In this document: one piece after another, positions 18,862 through 28,344 of the stretch
How positions within the stretch are numbered: the first letter of the stretch is position 1
How the letters are laid out: each line of letters begins with the position of its first letter
Assembly (NCBI GenBank): GCA_965216875.1
Contig: OZ244207.1
Span: forward strand, 128,001 to 192,000
DNA length: 64,000 bases
Reading direction: 5' to 3'
From: Rubripirellula sp.
GTDB taxonomy: Bacteria > Planctomycetota > Planctomycetia > Pirellulales > Pirellulaceae
Notes under the pieces: generated by a model
Databases searched by the model: none
Told to the model about the DNA's origin: nothing
Seen by the model: the letters and a program-made list of their open reading frames with translations, nothing else
Translations under genes and position numbers: made by a program

Positions 18862-20034
18862 ATGGAGGCGATGTGGCGCGAAGAGCCTGCGTTCGGCTTT
18901 GGCGTCGATCCACTCAATCCGCATCCGCCGCGTCCCATCGACGCGGTCGGCGGACGTTCGACCGATGACCTTCGTCGACGGGTCATGCAGGCCTGTCCGC
19001 GCGTTCCAGGTGTCTATGGAATGCTCGATCGCAAAGGCCAATTGATCTACGTCGGCAAGAGTAAATCGTTGCGGTCGCGTTTGCTGAGCTACTTTGCGGC
19101 ATCCAATGCCGAAGAAAAAGGTGGACGGATCATCGAGGCCGCTCGAGCGATCCAGTGGGAGACTCAGCCGAGCGAGTTTGCCGCACTCGCGCGCGAGCAA
19201 CAATTGATCCGCATGTTCAGTCCACGCTGGAATGTGCAAGGCGTTCCCAAACGTCAACGACCTGTCTATCTGTGTCTCGGGCGTTCGCCAGCGGCCTACT
19301 TCTTCCTCAGCCCCAAACCGCCGACCGATTGTGTCGCCGTCGAAGGCCCCTTTCACGGCGCGGGGCGAATGGCGCAAGCGGTCGACTCTCTTAACAAAGT
19401 GTTTCGGCTCCGCGACTGCAGCCAGCAACAAGAGTTTCGCTTTGCTGACCAGTTACAGCTATTTGATCTCGAGTACCGTCCAGGTTGTTTGCGGCTTGAA
19501 ATCGGGACCTGCAGCGGTCCGTGTGCCGCGGCGTGTACGCGCGAAGCGTACGATGCGCAAGTGAGTGCTGCCGAGAGCTTTCTTGATGGTTTCAATGACG
19601 AACCACTGACCGTCATTCAAGAACAGATGGATACCGCGATCAACAATCGCCAATACGAACTCGCCGGGCGTGCCCACGAGACACTCAAATCGGTCAAGTA
19701 CGTTTACCGCAAACTGATGATGCTCGCGCGGGCACGCCGCAAGTTCACCTTCATTTACGGAGTGCCCGGGTACGATGGTTGCGGAACGTGGTATTTGATC
19801 CACTGTGGTGAAATCGCCGATGCCATCGTCGCCCCTCGGCGACCCGAAGACTTTGCAGCGATCGAGCCGACGTTGAAGCAATGGCAATCGGCAATGTCAA
19901 ATCAGATCGACCGGGGGCACGGCGCTTACCCGCACACATTGTCGTTGGTTGCCACATGGTTCAAAAAGCACCGCGAGCAACTCGAGTGCACCTTCAACCC
20001 GGCGCAAGCGAAGCGGTCGATGGTCACGTCGTGA
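18862..20034 (+). CDS. GIY-YIG nuclease homologous to the UvrC N-terminus (Cho-like)
   Basis: PGVYGMLDRKGQLIYVGKSKSLRSRLLSYF; EQQLIRMFSPRWN; Cys cluster LRDC...PGCLRLEIGTCSGPC; UVR-like QMDTAINNRQYELAG. Confidence 0.88.
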   Translation: MEAMWREEPAFGFGVDPLNPHPPRPIDAVGGRSTDDLRRRVMQACPRVPGVYGMLDRKGQLIYVGKSKSLRSRLLSYFAASNAEEKGGRIIEAARAIQWETQPSEFAALAREQQLIRMFSPRWNVQGVPKRQRPVYLCLGRSPAAYFFLSPKPPTDCVAVEGPFHGAGRMAQAVDSLNKVFRLRDCSQQQEFRFADQLQLFDLEYRPGCLRLEIGTCSGPCAAACTREAYDAQVSAAESFLDGFNDEPLTVIQEQMDTAINNRQYELAGRAHETLKSVKYVYRKLMMLARARRKFTFIYGVPGYDGCGTWYLIHCGEIADAIVAPRRPEDFAAIEPTLKQWQSAMSNQIDRGHGAYPHTLSLVATWFKKHREQLECTFNPAQAKRSMVTS

Positions 20035-20064
20035 TCCGTCACGTCGTGACTGGCACCGGCAAAC

Positions 20065-20838
20065 CTATTTGCCGCGTCCAAGAAGATGATTCATGATCGG
20101 GGGTGCAAGGCGATCGGCGTAAACGAGCGCCTTGCCGCCGACGCTTAGGATGACTTCGCTGCGACGAGCGCAGATGGCGGCGAGAGTGGCTCGGGCCACA
20201 CGCTCGGGCGCCCAACTGCCGATACTGTTCGATTTCGCCGATGCGTCTGTTTCGATTAGAGAATCGAAGAACTCACTACGCGTCGTGCTGGGACTGACAA
20301 GTGTGACTTGGATGCCGTCGCCGGTCAGTTCGGCTCGCAGGGAATCGCTCAACCCGTGCATCGCAAACTTGCTCGCGCAGTACTCGCTTTTGTCAGGCAC
20401 GGCACGGTGTCCCAAAACGCTGCTGACATTGCAAATCACGGGTGCACGGCCACGACGCAATGCGGGAAGGCAGCTGCGGATGAGTTCAGCGGGGGCGAAA
20501 AAGTTGACTTCCATCACGCGGCGAAGGCGTTCTTCGGTTGCGTCGGCAAACGGGCCAATCGCGCCGATCCCGGCATTGTTGACAAGCAAGTCGATTTTGC
20601 CGCCGCCAATTTCGCTGGCCGCTTCGACGACTCGATCGCGGATGTTTGCGTCGGTGATGTCGCCGACGACGGGTACTACTTTGGCATCCGTCGGGCTGGT
20701 CATCGATTCGATGCGTTCACGCCGGGCAACGGCGACCACATGACAGCCTCGTTGCAACAGCAGATCGCAAAGGGCTTCGCCGATTCCGCTGCTGGCACCG
20801 GTCACAATGGCGACCGATTCTTCAGGTTTCCAACGCAT
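20065..20838 (-). CDS. Short-chain dehydrogenase/reductase
   Basis: TGASSGIG, NNAG, catalytic YCASK. Confidence 0.93.
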   Translation of the reverse strand: MRWKPEESVAIVTGASSGIGEALCDLLLQRGCHVVAVARRERIESMTSPTDAKVVPVVGDITDANIRDRVVEAASEIGGGKIDLLVNNAGIGAIGPFADATEERLRRVMEVNFFAPAELIRSCLPALRRGRAPVICNVSSVLGHRAVPDKSEYCASKFAMHGLSDSLRAELTGDGIQVTLVSPSTTRSEFFDSLIETDASAKSNSIGSWAPERVARATLAAICARRSEVILSVGGKALVYADRLAPPIMNHLLGRGK

Positions 20839-20863
20839 GTTCGAAGATCCGACTGCCGCGGCG

Positions 20864-22237
20864 TTAAGCGACTTCGCTTGGAGGGTCTGTCAACGGCATC
20901 GACTGTGTCACGTCGCCCGAAGCTTCATTGCCGGAACCAGCATCGCTCAAGCCCTGGTTCCCCAAATCGCGGATTTCCAATGCACTCTTGTAGACCGGTC
21001 CCATTGCCGCTGCGGGGAGACGAACGTGCACGGTGATCACCGTTTCGCCGAACTCACGCGAAAGGACTTCGCCCTTGCTGGCAAGGTAGGCGAGTAACTT
21101 TCCGTCCGCGGGTGAGACATCCACTTCCACATCAGCAAACTCGCGCCCGAGCGCTTGGCCCACTGCTTCGGTCAGCTGCACGAAACCTTTCTTGCTACGA
21201 GCACTGACGGGAATCGCATTTGGATAGCGATCGAGCACGCGGTTGAGCACGGCGGGTTGGTGAATCGCATCGACCTTGTTCAGGACCAGTAATGTGTCCT
21301 TTTCGTCAATGTCAAGTTCTTTCAAAACTCGATAGACGGCAGAGATCTGGTCGAACACCGTCGGGCTGCTCGCATCGGCAACATGAAGCAGCAGTTCGGC
21401 TTGACGCGTTTCTTCCAACGTGGATTTAAAACTGGCGACCAACGAGTGGGGGAGGTCTCGAATGAACCCGACCGTATCGCTCAGCAGCACCGTGCCCCAA
21501 CCGGCAAGGTTCCATCGCCGCGTTCGGGTATCAAGGGTCGCGAACAGTTTGTCTTCGGCCAACACGTCCGCTTCGGTGAGCGCGTTCATCAACGTACTTT
21601 TGCCGGCATTGGTGTAGCCGACAAGCGAAACCGTAGGCGCTTCTTTGCGACCGAGCACCTGTTGCTCGCGTCGACGTTCGACTTTTGAGAGTTCTTGCTT
21701 GAGGTCGTGAATGCGCTTTTGAGCCAACCGGCGGTCAACTTCAAGTTGCTTTTCACCAGGACCACGCATCCCGACACCCATCGCTTGTCGCGACAAGTGG
21801 GTCCACATGCGTTTGAGTCGCGGAAGTGAATACTCGAGCTGGGCAAGCTCGATGGCTAAACGCGATTCGTACGTCCGTGCGCCCGCGGCGAAGATATCGA
21901 GGATCAACTCCGTCCGATCGAGCACTTTGGCTTTGGTTGACTTTTCCAAGTTGCGAACCTGTGCCGGTGTCAGATCATTATCAAACACGATCACATCAGC
22001 GTTGTGCCGTTCGACCATCAGACGCAACTCTTCAACCTTGCCCTTTCCCAGGTAGGTCGAATGATCAGCGGTTGGTCGTCGCTGGACGAGTTCGTCGACC
22101 ACTTCTGTTCCGGCGGTCGTCGCCAAGCCATAGAGTTCCTCGAGCGGATCTGCCGGTACGCGGTCATCTGGCAAGATCAGCCGTGCCAAGATGCTACGCT
22201 CGGGCGAATCATCTTGGACTTTGATTGGTTCACGCAC
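20864..22237 (-). CDS. hflX: GTPase HflX
   Basis: YLGKGKVEEL; LILDIFA; GPGEKQLEVDRR; G1 GYTNAGKS; DKLFATLD; DTVGFI; NKVD; start placed at GTG 22237. Confidence 0.96.
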   Translation of the reverse strand: MREPIKVQDDSPERSILARLILPDDRVPADPLEELYGLATTAGTEVVDELVQRRPTADHSTYLGKGKVEELRLMVERHNADVIVFDNDLTPAQVRNLEKSTKAKVLDRTELILDIFAAGARTYESRLAIELAQLEYSLPRLKRMWTHLSRQAMGVGMRGPGEKQLEVDRRLAQKRIHDLKQELSKVERRREQQVLGRKEAPTVSLVGYTNAGKSTLMNALTEADVLAEDKLFATLDTRTRRWNLAGWGTVLLSDTVGFIRDLPHSLVASFKSTLEETRQAELLLHVADASSPTVFDQISAVYRVLKELDIDEKDTLLVLNKVDAIHQPAVLNRVLDRYPNAIPVSARSKKGFVQLTEAVGQALGREFADVEVDVSPADGKLLAYLASKGEVLSREFGETVITVHVRLPAAAMGPVYKSALEIRDLGNQGLSDAGSGNEASGDVTQSMPLTDPPSEVA

Positions 22238-22534
22238 GGTAAAGTGGGGTTCCTCCGCAGTTTGTCGAGCCCGCAAAAAGGGATGGGAAAGGTGGACAGA
22301 AACAGGCTCGACCGTCTCTAACAGTCTACTTCAAATCGGCGATTGCGGCAGGGGGATTTTTTGTGATGCCGCTGGGCAAACCGCTGGGCAAAACGAGTTG
22401 CTAGACCGCGATTTACAGCGTTTTACGGTCGCAGATTGATGGACGTTTTTCAAACCAAATAGGTTCAGTCTGTAGGCCGGATCAAGGAGCGACAGCGACA
22501 CAGATCCGGCATGGTACTTGGCTCTTTTACAAGT

Positions 22535-22841
22535 CGAACGCGCTAGCAAGCGTCGGGCGCTGCACTCAACGTAGCTACGCTCGCCAGAGCGTGGTGATCG
22601 TGGGAAGGGGTATGGCAACGGGAACCACCTTCTGGCGAAGGTAGCTACGGGCATCGAATCGGACACCGAGCGAGCGCGACAAGGCTGAGCCGAACGCGCT
22701 AGCGTCGGGCGTTGCACTCAACGTAGCTACGCTCGCCAGAGCGTGGTGATCGTGGGAAGGGGTATAGCAACGGGAACCACCTTCTGGCGAAGGTAGCTAC
22801 GGGCATCGAATGCAACACCGACGCTAGCGCGTTCGGCTCAC
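22535..22841. repeat. Tandem (152-bp period) nested REPIN array, BIME-like
   Basis: Near-identical family C elements at 22571-22648 and 22723-22800; the second lies between inverted family B arms at 22686-22716 and 22811-22840. Confidence 0.9.
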
Positions 22842-22857
22842 GGGCTGGGAACACGTC

Positions 22858-24285
22858 TCACCGATCAAAGGTCGACTTAGAACGCAGGATGTGATGATAG
22901 TGCTGTGCGAATCGGTGTGATTCGTCTCGCACGTATTGAAGTAACCGAAGCGCAAACGCATTTCGCGACAATCGAAGGGGCTCCGATTCACCAGGACGAA
23001 AAATCTCTTCTTCGCGTTTGGCAAGCGAAATGACGGCCGGCGGCGTGATGTCTTGGTCGCGAAACGCCGCCATCGCCGCGTTGAGCTGTCCTTTGCCACC
23101 ATCAATCAACAGGATGTCGGGAAAGGATTCACCCGAGTCGGAGAGCTTGCGGAAACGTCGTGAGACGACTTCGTAGATGCTCCGAAAGTCGTCGATGCCG
23201 TCAACATCTTGAATTCGAAATCGCCGGTATCCTGGTTTGAAAGGAAGGCCGTCGATGAATTGAACCAAACTCGCAACCGTTTCGCCGCCACCGAGATGGG
23301 CGATATCGACTCCTTCGATCACACGCGGCGTTTCAGGCAATTCGAGGACTTTGCGAAGCCCGGCCAATCCCTTCTTGGGATCAATGTAAAAGACTTCGGG
23401 CTGGGCGTGCGTGTCGAGTTCGCCGCGTTCTTCGAGACGCTCGAGCATATTGATCTCGTCACGCAACACAGCGGCTCGTTCAAAATCGAGTGCCTTGCTG
23501 GCCGCCATCATTTCATCATGCATCTCCTTGAGTAGGCGTTTCTTGCCGCCTTCGAGGAAGGTTTGCAGCCGTTTGATGTCGCGACGGTACTCTTCCTTGC
23601 TAATGCGGAAGTTACAGGGCGCCGTGCATTGATTGATGCTCGCGAGCAGACACGGACGGAACCAATTCCAACGTTCATCCGATTCGCTGATGTCGAGCGT
23701 GCAGGTGCGGAATTTGAAGATCTTTTGTAGTACTTGAATCGCACCGCGAAGTGCTCCCGCGCTTGCGAAAGGGCCATAGAGTTTGACTCCCTTCGCTTTG
23801 GGTTCGCGCGTCACTTCCACACGCGGGAACTCTTCGCGCGTCGTGATCATCAGGTACGGAAACGTCTTGTCGTCTTTGAGTTCCTTGTTGTGCTTTGGCT
23901 GAATATCCTTGATCAGCCTCGATTCCATCAGCAGCGCGTCGACTTCACTTTCACACTCGACGTAGTCGATGTCCGCGATCTCGTGAATCCACGGGGACGT
24001 GCGTTGGTCTTCGGCCGCCGCTTTAAGAAAATAGCTTCCCGCACGACTGCGCAGATTCTTGGCCTTGCCGACGTAGATCACGATCCCGGCCAGGTCCTTC
24101 ATCAGATAGACGCCCGGAAGTTGCGGGAACGACCTTACCTTTTCGGCAGCATGGTCGAAGCCGAGCGAATCACTCTCGGAGACCTCGCTTTGCGCAGCAG
24201 GATCGGTCGCATCATCAGCTTGCGGACTTTGCGGCTGGGGGTTGCCTTGCGCGTCAGGTTCGTGGGGGCGATCTTGCTCAGTCAT
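22858..24285 (-). CDS. uvrC: Excinuclease ABC subunit C (short form without C-terminal HhH)
   Basis: PGVYLMKD..IYVGKAKNLRSR; DDKTFPY; UVR ALDFERAAVLRD; RNase H-like domain IEGVDIAH, YRRFRI, DILLIDGGKGQL, LQYVRDESHRFA. Confidence 0.93.
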   Translation of the reverse strand: MTEQDRPHEPDAQGNPQPQSPQADDATDPAAQSEVSESDSLGFDHAAEKVRSFPQLPGVYLMKDLAGIVIYVGKAKNLRSRAGSYFLKAAAEDQRTSPWIHEIADIDYVECESEVDALLMESRLIKDIQPKHNKELKDDKTFPYLMITTREEFPRVEVTREPKAKGVKLYGPFASAGALRGAIQVLQKIFKFRTCTLDISESDERWNWFRPCLLASINQCTAPCNFRISKEEYRRDIKRLQTFLEGGKKRLLKEMHDEMMAASKALDFERAAVLRDEINMLERLEERGELDTHAQPEVFYIDPKKGLAGLRKVLELPETPRVIEGVDIAHLGGGETVASLVQFIDGLPFKPGYRRFRIQDVDGIDDFRSIYEVVSRRFRKLSDSGESFPDILLIDGGKGQLNAAMAAFRDQDITPPAVISLAKREEEIFRPGESEPLRLSRNAFALRLLQYVRDESHRFAQHYHHILRSKSTFDR

Positions 24286-24375
24286 CCAATGACTTGCCGG
24301 AGTGTTTTGGGGCGTAAGGAATGTACACAATAGGCAAGCCGATGGCGCTACCCGGATCGGGGCGTCTGCTACCGG

Positions 24376-25719
24376 TCAGTTTTCGTCCAAACCGTTCTTG
24401 ATCAGATTGCGTGGCAGCGCGGCCAGGTCATTGTGCTCGGTCACCGGCGCGTCGGTCACGGGTGGTTCGCCATCGAAACGAAATCGACGGATTCGTTTCC
24501 AAACGTCCGTTCCGTCGAGCGTCTCGATAAATGCGTTCCATTGCTGACGCTGCGAATGATCAAGCGACGCGTGCCAGTCCTGGTACTGCTTGATCGCTTC
24601 CCCCTTGAGTACGACTTTTCCGAACCGTCTGGTTTGCGTTTTCACGTCGGGTGTGGCCCAAGTTGCGTGAGCGAAGAAAGGTGGCGAGCCTTTTGGACCC
24701 TCCAGCACACCGATCTTGCCCTCCCAAACCACACGGCTCGCCTCGGCGTCCCAAACGCCGTTTGTCTCGATTGGCTCGTCATCCAAATGAAGTGTAAGTT
24801 GCAAAGAATGGCGACCACCGCTTGATGACAGAAACGCGAGCAGGAAGTCCTGCAGTATCAAATCCATGGGATCAGGTTTGTCTTGATCCTCATCGGTTTC
24901 TTGTCGAGAGACGGCGTCCGCATACTCAGCAGTGGACGCAAGGTAACTCTCGAAGGACTCTTGCGCCTGTTCTTCATCGGCCAGGAAATCGAACGCTTCG
25001 GCCGAATTCATCCCTGACTTTGCTGCGAGCAGTTTCGGAATCAGGTCGGACCAAAGTTCGTCCGCATTCCCTGCGTGTGTGAGCGCCATCCACTGGCGTG
25101 CTGAAAAGTAGTCGCGTTCGATGAAGTACAAGCCAATTCTTGCCTGAGCTGTCGCATCGCCCGAGCCGTCATTCGATGTCGACCAGATTTGCAGGCTGAT
25201 GTTCTTCAGGTCTCGACGGAGTTCGATATCAAGAAAGCGGGTCAGCGAGTCGAGGTCGTTATGCCCTTGTAGTTCCCGCTTCATCCAACCAACGAGGTGG
25301 TTCGCCAAACGATCGACTGCTTCAAGACGTTCGCTCACGCCAACGGTGTAGTCCTCATTCCCTCGAATTCGCTCCACGTACATGGATGTCGAACCAAACG
25401 GACCATCGATGACCGAATATCGACCAGCACCGCCGACGTCGCCCGGCATCTTTTCGGCGAACGTCGATTCGAACCGATGCTTTTGTGCCAAGTTCGCGGG
25501 CACGCTCGCTTCGGGGTAGTGCGTCGCGATCCGCTCAAGTTCTTCTTGAGGGAAATTGATGACTGTTTTGGAATCGCCTGAACTTGCCAAGTTCCAACAA
25601 GTCAGTTCACGCTTCATGCCCTCCGGGTGCGGTGTCAACGCAACTTCATAGCGAAGTGATTGACACCCTAGGACGAATGCGAGCGTTGAGAGAAAGAGTG
25701 CTTGTGGGATCCGATGCAT
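24376..25719 (-). CDS. Hypothetical lipoprotein
   Basis: 447-aa ORF with lipobox-like VLGC; no family recognised. Confidence 0.7.
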   Translation of the reverse strand: MHRIPQALFLSTLAFVLGCQSLRYEVALTPHPEGMKRELTCWNLASSGDSKTVINFPQEELERIATHYPEASVPANLAQKHRFESTFAEKMPGDVGGAGRYSVIDGPFGSTSMYVERIRGNEDYTVGVSERLEAVDRLANHLVGWMKRELQGHNDLDSLTRFLDIELRRDLKNISLQIWSTSNDGSGDATAQARIGLYFIERDYFSARQWMALTHAGNADELWSDLIPKLLAAKSGMNSAEAFDFLADEEQAQESFESYLASTAEYADAVSRQETDEDQDKPDPMDLILQDFLLAFLSSSGGRHSLQLTLHLDDEPIETNGVWDAEASRVVWEGKIGVLEGPKGSPPFFAHATWATPDVKTQTRRFGKVVLKGEAIKQYQDWHASLDHSQRQQWNAFIETLDGTDVWKRIRRFRFDGEPPVTDAPVTEHNDLAALPRNLIKNGLDEN

Positions 25720-25820
25720 CGTTGTGTTCCCCCAGAGTCTCGTTGATGACGGGGCCTACCTGAACGGAGTATGCCGACACCTTCAGTCTATCGGGAACAC
25801 AACACGCTTGCCGGGCAATT

Positions 25821-26339
25821 TCACTCCGCCGGTGGCATCGGTGTGTTGATTCCAACAAGGAATCCGTTGATCTCGCGCACGTAAGCGACTGTCTGCCCCC
25901 ACGGTTTGACCTTGGGTTCGGCAACACAGGTGCACCCTGCTGCGATCGCGCGATCGTAGGCTGCGGGAACGTCATCGGTCACGAAACCGATGTCAACCGG
26001 AGGTGCCAATTCCGCAAGATCGTTTGGTTGGAACTCGATGCCTTGCGAGCGCGCAAGGGTGTGAGAGACGAAACCGAGCGTTGTCGCACCGGTGTTGAGT
26101 TCGCCGTAGGCTTCTTCCCCTTCGACGCTATAAAACTTGCGTTCGACTCCGAACGCCTCGGTAAAGAAGGTGAGTGTCGCGTCGACGTCGGCAACGTAAA
26201 AAAGCATGTATCCAAGTTGCATGGTTTCTTGTTTCTCAGTGGAGTTATCGGTTGATTGGGTTCGCTCACAACCAACAACCAATGCACCGAGACTTGTCAC
26301 ACAGCAGACGACAACGATAAGGAGAGGCAGTTGCTTCAT
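25821..26339 (-). CDS. VOC/glyoxalase family protein (alternative start 26222)
   Basis: YVADVDATLTFFTEAFG; YGELNTGATTLGF; EPKVKPWGQTVAYVRE. Confidence 0.88.
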   Translation of the reverse strand: MKQLPLLIVVVCCVTSLGALVVGCERTQSTDNSTEKQETMQLGYMLFYVADVDATLTFFTEAFGVERKFYSVEGEEAYGELNTGATTLGFVSHTLARSQGIEFQPNDLAELAPPVDIGFVTDDVPAAYDRAIAAGCTCVAEPKVKPWGQTVAYVREINGFLVGINTPMPPAE

Positions 26340-26456
26340 GGGAATCGCGTTTTCGGTGGATGGACTGGTTGGGATGCCAGTCGGCGATTCTTGCAGGCGA
26401 TGTCAAACGCGTCTTGGAAAAATGGAAACCGCCGATCGCGACTTCGGCCGGAGGCG

Positions 26457-27239
26457 TTAAAGCTGTGACGGCAGTACACCGGCGAGTTGACGGCACTCGT
26501 TGATCAAGTGCGACTGGTCGTAGTATCCGGCATCCAACGCGACCGCTGTCCAATCGATTGGTTGGTTGTTCTGCACCACATCGACGACTTGCTGTAAACG
26601 CATCACGCGCTGAAACACCTTAGGACTGACTCCGACTTGCTGGCGGAACAGCTTGCCGAGACCCTGTCGAGAAATGTCCATTTCGCGTGCAAGGTTTTCG
26701 ACGGTTTGGTTTTTAGCAGCAAGTTGTTGGACCGCAAATTCGATTCGGCGGTCGAACGAACGGAGGGTGACCAGGCGGTTCAGCAACAACTGTTCAACCG
26801 CAGTGACGGCAGGTGGCCGGGTCGTGTTCCGGACGCCTGAATGGATGCCCGATCCGATGCTCGGCTCATTCGCGAGTTCGCACAGCCTTGCAATGTCCCA
26901 ATCCCCCACGTCCCAGTCCCCCACCAATTCATGTTGAGCATCGGTGATTTCACAGGCATTGATTCCCAGGAAGGGGACCGCACCGCCAGGCTGAAACCGC
27001 ACCGCAACCAGGTTCACCGGTCCGGTGGGACGGAACAGGAGTGCCTGCGTCATCGTTCCCACCATCCTTGCCGAGGGAGCCGAGTGGTTGCCAAGGTCGA
27101 AGAGGATGTCGATGCATCCGTCTGGCAGGACTCGGTATTCACCCGAGGGCTCGGGAACACGAGAGGTCCAGTAACAGGCCACGTGCCGCCGCAATCGGGG
27201 ACAGGGAAGGAATTCTCGGTATCTCGACGTCTCGCTCAT
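26457..27239 (-). CDS. AraC-family transcriptional regulator (DUF6597-type N-terminus)
   Basis: PCPRLRRHVACYW; VLPDGCIDILF; VGVSPK; WTAVALDAGYYDQSHLINE. Confidence 0.9.
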   Translation of the reverse strand: MSETSRYREFLPCPRLRRHVACYWTSRVPEPSGEYRVLPDGCIDILFDLGNHSAPSARMVGTMTQALLFRPTGPVNLVAVRFQPGGAVPFLGINACEITDAQHELVGDWDVGDWDIARLCELANEPSIGSGIHSGVRNTTRPPAVTAVEQLLLNRLVTLRSFDRRIEFAVQQLAAKNQTVENLAREMDISRQGLGKLFRQQVGVSPKVFQRVMRLQQVVDVVQNNQPIDWTAVALDAGYYDQSHLINECRQLAGVLPSQL

Positions 27240-27424
27240 GAATTGGTGGGCTGCAGGAAATTGCGGCCGTCGTGGCTGGATGACGCATCTAATTTAGCCG
27301 CGATTTCGGCAAAGGGACAAATCGGGGTAAATGGGGTAGAATCGAACCGGTCGAAAACGAGACCAACAGACAACCTTTCCTCACCAAACAGCCTTTACTC
27401 ATTGGTGCCTTGGGAGACTTAGAC

Positions 27425-28255
27425 ATGTTCCGCTACTTCGTCGGATCGGTCACAGGCCTATTGCTTGTCGCATTGGCGACACCCGCCGATGCTCAAATCG
27501 TTCGCATCGGACCTTATGGTGGCGTCAGCATTCGGGCGCCCTTTGTTGCGGTCGACACCTCACCCTGGGGTGGCGCGCGAGTCCGGGCACCATTCACTGC
27601 TGTTGATACCGGCGTCTACGGCGGTTACTACCCCGTGCATCCAAGGCTGGGGTACGTCGTGCCCGCGCCGGCGGTGGTGTATCCGCCCGTGGTTGAGGTG
27701 CCGGTGCCGGTTTACGAGCCTGTGCCTGTCCAGGTTTATCCTCCTGTCGAACCCTATTCGGCGAGTCGACCGGTCGGATCATCCGATCCGATCTTGCTTG
27801 CCGAACAACTTCGCGCCGCGGCATTGCAACTTGGTGAAAGTTTGAACCGGCGCCGTGACGATGGCGATGTATGGTTGAAGTACCTCGGTCCCGGTCAGAT
27901 CGTCGACGCGGTCGATCGACGCGTGGATCCGCAAAGCTTGAAGTCGCTCTTGGCCAACTATGACGGTGTTGTTGGCAACGGCCAGCTCGGTTCCATTCGC
28001 GCTGCACGCGGCTTTAGCGAAACACGAGCGCTGTTGCGGCAATACATCCAACAGGGTGCTGCACCGACGGTGGCTGAACCCCAGCAACCGGTTCCGCCAT
28101 TGGAGCCGCGCGAAGCACCGCAACAACCGATCCAGCCCGCCGACGGTCCCGAGCAGTTGCCGGTTCCGCCACCACCGGCGGATGATTTGGATGCTGGAGT
28201 GCGTGAAAGCGAGCCTGGAGAGCTGGTGCGTCGACCCGCACCAACACCGATCTGA
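27425..28255 (+). CDS. Secreted proline-rich hypothetical protein with tandem RAPF motif
   Basis: Signal peptide ending ADA-Q; GGVSIRAPFVAVDT and GGARVRAPFTAVDT; Pro-rich middle and tail. Confidence 0.75.
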   Translation: MFRYFVGSVTGLLLVALATPADAQIVRIGPYGGVSIRAPFVAVDTSPWGGARVRAPFTAVDTGVYGGYYPVHPRLGYVVPAPAVVYPPVVEVPVPVYEPVPVQVYPPVEPYSASRPVGSSDPILLAEQLRAAALQLGESLNRRRDDGDVWLKYLGPGQIVDAVDRRVDPQSLKSLLANYDGVVGNGQLGSIRAARGFSETRALLRQYIQQGAAPTVAEPQQPVPPLEPREAPQQPIQPADGPEQLPVPPPPADDLDAGVRESEPGELVRRPAPTPI

Positions 28256-28274
28256 TATCACACCCATTCTTAAA

Positions 28275-28335
28275 GTAGGGTGGCGTGCTTGCACGCACCG
28301 TAACAACCCGTCCTTGGTGCGTGCAGGCACACACC
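28275..28335. repeat. GTAG-type REPIN, family D copy 1
   Basis: GTAGGGTGGCGTGCTTGCACGCACC-spacer-GGTGCGTGCAGGCACACACC. Confidence 0.85.
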
Positions 28336-28344
28336 AAGCGGTTG

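Noticed and set aside
22331..22717. 128-aa ORF, and similar ORFs at 18467-18769, 29026-29454, 41295-41639, 46438-46698 and 6029-6220
   Set aside because: They are translations of REP elements (shared ATFARRW or CRACTHR peptides) with no protein-family features
22535..22841. Possible CRISPR array
   Set aside because: Only two units, the would-be spacers are near-identical, the repeats are long nested palindromes found elsewhere in the window, and there are no cas genes
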